From an uncultured virus (IMG/VR IMGVR_UViG_3300036770_004513) (taxonomy: Duplodnaviria; Heunggongvirae; Uroviricota; Caudoviricetes), in the IMG/VR virus record IMGVR_UViG_3300036770_004513: a stretch of DNA of 64,000 nt; one strand, given 5' to 3'. The notes beneath the pieces are model-generated. The model was not told the DNA's origin. It did not search any database and worked only from the letters and a program-made list of their open reading frames with translations. Positions 59,003 through 64,000 of the stretch are shown piece by piece. Within the stretch, counting starts at the first letter, position 1, and every line of letters begins with the position of its first letter. The position numbers were made by a program, and so were the translations under genes.

Positions 59003-62000
59003 TTATTCAATTAAGCCGAATTCTTTCCATTCATTATTAACAGTATAAGTCCAGCCAATGTATTCACCTGATTTTGGTGTACTATTAAAGATCAGATCAC
59101 CATAACCACCCGGAGTTGTTGGGGTTGTTGTTCCAATACCGAGCTTTCTTGAGGTATTTTCATTACCTTGAATTAAGAAATGAGTTGCCTCAATACCTTT
59201 AGATGAATAAGAGGTTAGCTTATCATTAAGAACAAGAGGACCATCAAATTCAGATACACTTGTTCCATCACCCCCTAGGATCTTGATGGCATTAATGATA
59301 ACAGCATCAGTTGTTGAAATAATTTCAAAACTCTTTTGTTCACCGACAACATTATTGATTGGGGTATCATAAACCTCTTCACGTCCCGTTGAGGAATAAG
59401 TCTTCTTATTGGTGCTATAAAGATCACCGTTCTCATCGTTGGCAGTATAATAAACAATACCACCCTTAGTTCTAAAAGAATACGCAAGATTTCTTTCTCT
59501 ATTGCTTAGTTTTCTGTCTTGTCTTTCTGGTAAGGCAGTTGAATAATTACCAGGACCATAACCAACAGATTCTAATGTATGAGAGGATGCCCTGATAATA
59601 GAGTTTCTTCTTAACTCAATAGGAATGATCTTAACCTTTTTAACCACTGATGAGACTGGGTGAGTTTGTTTGGGGGTACCAAATTGTGCCCTCAGAACAG
59701 ATACATCAGTCGATGCAACATCAGTCTTAATACGGAAAATTTCATCATCAACTTTTAAGTAATCACCAATGTTCAATCCAAGGGTTGTTGCATTGGTGAT
59801 TCTTAGTACATCAGAAAGACTATCGGCCGTTAATTGTGCCCCGGTTGTTGATGAAATACCGGCATAATGATAAACAACTTTTCCAAAGTTAGAAGTGATT
59901 GTTGGGTATGCAAATCGAGTACCAGTCGTCGCACCGCCACCAGTTCCAACATTAACCTGAATACTGGTAGTGCTTAGGATTCTCGTGATAATACAATCCT
60001 TATTGAAAAATTCATTATCGAAACCACCAAGTCTAACCTTTTCATTGGCAACAAATCCGTGATTTTTTGTAAAGTTAAGGGTTAGAATACCTGTAGATGA
60101 TGAATAAGAAACGGAAGAAATAGGAATTGCCTTACTCGCGGGGATAACAAGATCAACAGTTGGGCTAAGAGTGGTGGCGGCTGATGCAACTTGAACTTGA
60201 TTGGTAGATGAAATGCCTGTGATTCTATAGGGTGTATCACTATTGGCAATGTAAAGCGTATCATCAATACTATCAACCACATTGGTAACGGTTACTACAG
60301 CAGGAGTAAAGCCGGTTGTGGTACCAAATCCAGCAGCGGGAATAACCGTGGCAGTATTGCCAATACCATAAGCACAGCCATAATTCATAATCTTAATAGA
60401 GGACAGAACACCAGAACCATTAATAACGATTCTTGCTGTTGCATTAGTTCCAATACCTGTTGAGGAAATTAAGGCAGCCCCATAGTAAGTTCCAGGGACA
60501 TAATTACTACCAGCATTAGTAATACTGACGTTGGTTACACCAGAGAAACTATGAGGCTTTTGTGTGGTGAAAGTATGAGCAAGACCAGTTGAATTAGAAA
60601 CGATCGAAGAAATAGCAAAACCAATTGCAAAATCATCTGCAAACTTATGATAAGTCTCACGAGTAATAGAATTTCTTTCATCATTTACCACAACCTCACC
60701 AATAGTATCTGGTAAGGCAAAACACTTTGATGCGACTGGGTTGATTGTAATGTTATCTCTATCGTGTTGTGGATAAAGATTTTCAATAGGTTGCGAAAAC
60801 TCTAGCTCTGTAAAGGGTGATACTAAAGGTGAGTTGGAATTGTTAATAACAGTTAAATCATAAATTCCATTTTGCTTGTTATAGACGTATTCTTGGATCT
60901 CATCAATTTTGTAAATTTGATAAGTTGTTGCCGTCTCAAGTCGTTTGAAGTAGGGAAGGTCTTGATTACGAGTTGTCGTATCTACATTGAAAGTCCCAGG
61001 ATTTGTAGGCAGTAGAACTTGGAATTTAGTTCCATCAATAATGTTATAAACATCATAAGACCCTTCAATAACATTGACAGTCTCAATTTTACTATCAACA
61101 GTTAGATTATGAGGAAGATCAGAATAGATTGTTGCGACACCACCACTCCACTTAACATCTGCAATGTAGTGTGGATTTCTTAATTCATCTTCGGTTACAA
61201 GAGTTGTAACGCTATCAGAGAAGTATTTCGGTAGTTCGTTAACATTAAGGCTGCTGTTATTCGATTCCTGTAAGACATAACCTTCTAATGGCGGTCTTGC
61301 AGAGACGCTTGTAGATGAAGGAATCACATAACGGAATTTAATAATCTTTTCCTCACCACCTCTAGAATCTGCAGTTCTACTGATGTAAATTCTAGGAGTA
61401 GATGCACCTAATACGCCTGTGCCTAGGGCAGCAATTTGGGCATAAATCGAATTTCCCGTGTTGGCACTGACATACCAGTTTTCAGTAGCAGTATCCCATT
61501 GAACCGGATGGCCAAATTCACCAGGAATCTTATCAGATACTCTACTGGAAACAGTTAGGTTACCACCATTGCGATTGATTGTCAGTTCATTGTTAGATAA
61601 GGCCTTGTTGAAGGTCTCTGCAATCTTAATCGCATTTGCAGGAAGTCCTGTCGTAATGGCATAAACAACCCTATGGGCAATAACACCATCGGGCAGTCTG
61701 CCATCATCAGATGAGATTCTAATCTTTTCGCCTGTGGTTAGATTATGATTAGATGTAAGGGTAATAATGTTGTTGGAAATAGAGTTTTGAGTGTTATTAT
61801 TGACTCTTTGAACCTGATAGGCTTTTTCATAAGAATCACTTGTCCCAGGGATAATAACCTTTGCCGTATGGATACCAATAGAGGTTCCATTGGAAAGCTC
61901 TAGGCTGATAATCTCATTAACCTTTGCCCCAATTCTATAACCATCAATAACATAGGCTGGAGGTAGATCATTATTGGTCTCATTGGCAATGAAAAGCTTA

Positions 62001-63658
62001 CTGCCATTACCAGCAGCAGTCAAGGAAACATCTAAAGAATAGAATTCTACGTTAAAGGTATTATTTGAAAGGTGTCTAGGTGGAGTGATCCCTACAATGT
62101 ATCCAATGTCATCTTTGGGGATAGCCTCTCTTCTAAATCCATCTGCAACGAAAGCCTTGGCGCCAAAATCTGACTTTGAGGCATTAATAGTAACATCACC
62201 ACCACTCTCTACGACATACTGCTTTGCAAAACCAATAGCAAAGGTGGAAACCGCCTCGATAAAGGCATCATTGGATAACTTAAGATGATGATGCTCATAA
62301 GATGGTTTATAACGGGCTCTACCATCTTTATGGAGATTGACAATAGATGTGGAATCCTTATAAGTGCCGCTGACTGGATCGTATTTAACGAAAGCATTAT
62401 CGTCTTTTTGAACACTAACTCCTGTAAATTCAGAGACGACAGAACTCTTAAAGCCTTCTACCAATGCACCGTCAGCGTGATAACCACACATACCATAAAC
62501 ACTTCTTAAGGTTAATTTCTTAAGGTATGGTGATGCGGATGTTACGGTATCAACAACAATGTTAAGGGTAGAGCCAACAGTCGAAGGAAGCGGATTCGTT
62601 GGAATGATCGTTGACTTATACTGGATCTCTGTTGGGCTATTGACAGCATAAACAACATACTGACCGTCATAACCAGCCAGACCGACTCCATTAATCTGAA
62701 TTGGCGTATCAACGCTCAATTCGTTTAGCTGCTCCTCTAGCGTTACGGTGATTGTTGTTGAGGCCACGACACCGTTTCCGGCCCTAATACTGGTGATACC
62801 AACCTCTTTACCCCTAGAGCCAACAATTCGGATTTCATCAATGACAGGCTCAAGGTCTAAGGCAACTCCAGTCGAGTAAATGGCATCTTCAATCGAACGA
62901 CCCGATGATTCCCCATAGACCTTTGCAACCTTCTCATAATACATTTGAAGGTCGGTTCTGGTTGTGGTTACATTAAGAAAATCATCATTAATTCTTACAT
63001 TGTTGACACCATCAGCATACCGGAAACAAGATAACTTATGGTGTGAGAAATTAGGTGAGAACTTATTGGTAGTGTAATCCTTATAACAAAAACCATTAGG
63101 ATCCGCATCGAAGAAAGTAACTCCTTCAGGAAGTCCAGCGCCAGTTAAACGAAAAATGCAACTGCGTTCGATAGAATCGTTTTCTGGATTAGGAACATAA
63201 AGAGGGCGAATGATTGTTTTTCTTAGATCATACGCAACAATGCTAACACCTCTTGGTAGAATAACACCACCATTAACAGAGTTTAACTTATAAAGCTCGT
63301 TTGCTGGGTCATAGATGTTAAAGTTTGAGGTTAGGGTCCATTCAGATAAAGATGTTGATTGACCGCTCCTAAAAAACATAGACCCGTCATCTTTTACCAA
63401 GATACCGGGTCTATTATCAATGTCGTATTGTGATGGGTGGAGAACAATAGTTGTTCTACCAAATAAGTCGTTATCAAGTCCAGTGCGATAGCTGAAACTT
63501 ACAACCTCAACCAAGGCTCTTTGAAGGTTTTTAAAAGGCCTTGTGATGGAAGAACCACGGTTTTCAATGCTATCCGTTGCATCTAGACTATCACCATTAA
63601 CGTGAATAGTTGTACCCTTTATTGATCTTAAGAAATTCTCTAAACGACTTAGACCCAT
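59003..63658 (-). CDS. large virion structural protein (cyanomyophage type)
   Basis: 1551 aa; MGLSRLENFL N-terminus, beta-rich repeats (SITNAGSNY, H.L..G), late promoter upstream. Confidence 0.85.
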   Translation of the reverse strand: MGLSRLENFLRSIKGTTIHVNGDSLDATDSIENRGSSITRPFKNLQRALVEVVSFSYRTGLDNDLFGRTTIVLHPSQYDIDNRPGILVKDDGSMFFRSGQSTSLSEWTLTSNFNIYDPANELYKLNSVNGGVILPRGVSIVAYDLRKTIIRPLYVPNPENDSIERSCIFRLTGAGLPEGVTFFDADPNGFCYKDYTTNKFSPNFSHHKLSCFRYADGVNNVRINDDFLNVTTTRTDLQMYYEKVAKVYGESSGRSIEDAIYSTGVALDLEPVIDEIRIVGSRGKEVGITSIRAGNGVVASTTITVTLEEQLNELSVDTPIQINGVGLAGYDGQYVVYAVNSPTEIQYKSTIIPTNPLPSTVGSTLNIVVDTVTSASPYLKKLTLRSVYGMCGYHADGALVEGFKSSVVSEFTGVSVQKDDNAFVKYDPVSGTYKDSTSIVNLHKDGRARYKPSYEHHHLKLSNDAFIEAVSTFAIGFAKQYVVESGGDVTINASKSDFGAKAFVADGFRREAIPKDDIGYIVGITPPRHLSNNTFNVEFYSLDVSLTAAGNGSKLFIANETNNDLPPAYVIDGYRIGAKVNEIISLELSNGTSIGIHTAKVIIPGTSDSYEKAYQVQRVNNNTQNSISNNIITLTSNHNLTTGEKIRISSDDGRLPDGVIAHRVVYAITTGLPANAIKIAETFNKALSNNELTINRNGGNLTVSSRVSDKIPGEFGHPVQWDTATENWYVSANTGNSIYAQIAALGTGVLGASTPRIYISRTADSRGGEEKIIKFRYVIPSSTSVSARPPLEGYVLQESNNSSLNVNELPKYFSDSVTTLVTEDELRNPHYIADVKWSGGVATIYSDLPHNLTVDSKIETVNVIEGSYDVYNIIDGTKFQVLLPTNPGTFNVDTTTRNQDLPYFKRLETATTYQIYKIDEIQEYVYNKQNGIYDLTVINNSNSPLVSPFTELEFSQPIENLYPQHDRDNITINPVASKCFALPDTIGEVVVNDERNSITRETYHKFADDFAIGFAISSIVSNSTGLAHTFTTQKPHSFSGVTNVSITNAGSNYVPGTYYGAALISSTGIGTNATARIVINGSGVLSSIKIMNYGCAYGIGNTATVIPAAGFGTTTGFTPAVVTVTNVVDSIDDTLYIANSDTPYRITGISSTNQVQVASAATTLSPTVDLVIPASKAIPISSVSYSSSTGILTLNFTKNHGFVANEKVRLGGFDNEFFNKDCIITRILSTTSIQVNVGTGGGATTGTRFAYPTITSNFGKVVYHYAGISSTTGAQLTADSLSDVLRITNATTLGLNIGDYLKVDDEIFRIKTDVASTDVSVLRAQFGTPKQTHPVSSVVKKVKIIPIELRRNSIIRASSHTLESVGYGPGNYSTALPERQDRKLSNRERNLAYSFRTKGGIVYYTANDENGDLYSTNKKTYSSTGREEVYDTPINNVVGEQKSFEIISTTDAVIINAIKILGGDGTSVSEFDGPLVLNDKLTSYSSKGIEATHFLIQGNENTSRKLGIGTTTPTTPGGYGDLIFNSTPKSGEYIGWTYTVNNEWKEFGLIE

Positions 63659-63684
63659 TGGTAATAAAACACTTTCTGTTTTAT

Positions 63685-63692
63685 TATTTAGG
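63685..63692 (-). promoter_or_regulatory. T4-type late promoter (CCTAAATA)
   Basis: TAAATA core about 26 nt upstream of 63658. Confidence 0.5.
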
Positions 63693-63693
63693 T

Positions 63694-63972
63694 TTAGTCA
63701 GTTGGTAGTAATTCAGGTTTGTCTATCTTAAGATCGAATAAAAGTGGATGGGCTTCTTCAGCAGACAAGTAATAAGAACCACGAAACAAATCATCAGGGG
63801 TAATCTTTCTTTTTTGGTTTGCCTGCCTATAAACATCTGGATTATCAGCCTCAATTCTGGTCAAATAATCAAAGGCATAAGGGATGTTATTAATTTTAAA
63901 AACCTTTATTATTTGTGATTGAGTGTTCGGCTGGACGTACCATCTGTACTCTAAAGAAAGATTGTAGGTCAT
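63694..63972 (-). CDS. hypothetical protein
   Basis: 92-aa ORF; YL..EEAHPLLF motif. Confidence 0.7.
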   Translation of the reverse strand: MTYNLSLEYRWYVQPNTQSQIIKVFKINNIPYAFDYLTRIEADNPDVYRQANQKRKITPDDLFRGSYYLSAEEAHPLLFDLKIDKPELLPTD

Positions 63973-64000
63973 TTCATTGTTAGGAGATATGAACCGATGC

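Noticed and set aside
1..64000. Reverse transcriptase or Avd gene in this window
   Set aside because: No ORF of suitable size shows RT motifs such as (Y/F)xDD with the upstream QG/PxG blocks. The long ORFs are helicases, Ubl-system enzymes and structural proteins. A small Avd-like gene cannot be excluded by eye.

Overview
Segment of a large T4-like (myovirus-type) phage genome, most likely a cyanophage. This is inferred from cyanomyophage-style structural genes with T4-type TAAATA late promoters and a cyanobacterial-type ClpS. Positions 1.4-56 kb are an accessory/early region of more than 100 small genes, almost all on the minus strand; 56-64 kb encodes late tail/virion proteins. Main observations: (1) 19 dispersed paralogous small genes ending in a C-type-lectin-fold (DUF1566/Lcl-like) domain. 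In 13 of them the 3' ~120 bp keep one fixed nucleotide scaffold and vary almost only at positions 1-2 of NNT/NNC codons. This is the adenine-mutagenesis signature of a diversity-generating retroelement (DGR) acting on many non-structural targets. No reverse transcriptase or template repeat was seen in this window. (2) A phage-encoded ubiquitin-like conjugation cassette (Ubl, JAB, E2-like, unknown ORF, E1/ThiF). (3) Two plus-strand non-coding RNA candidates at 12.67-13.02 kb, one with tRNA-like ends and a pseudoknot. (4) An array of about 13 repeated intergenic terminator/divergent-promoter cassettes at 3-13 kb, and a recurrent palindromic promoter motif. (5) Iteron-like repeat tracts near 1.1, 14.0 and 15.0-15.4 kb. 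All family assignments come from reading motifs by eye; no searches were run.
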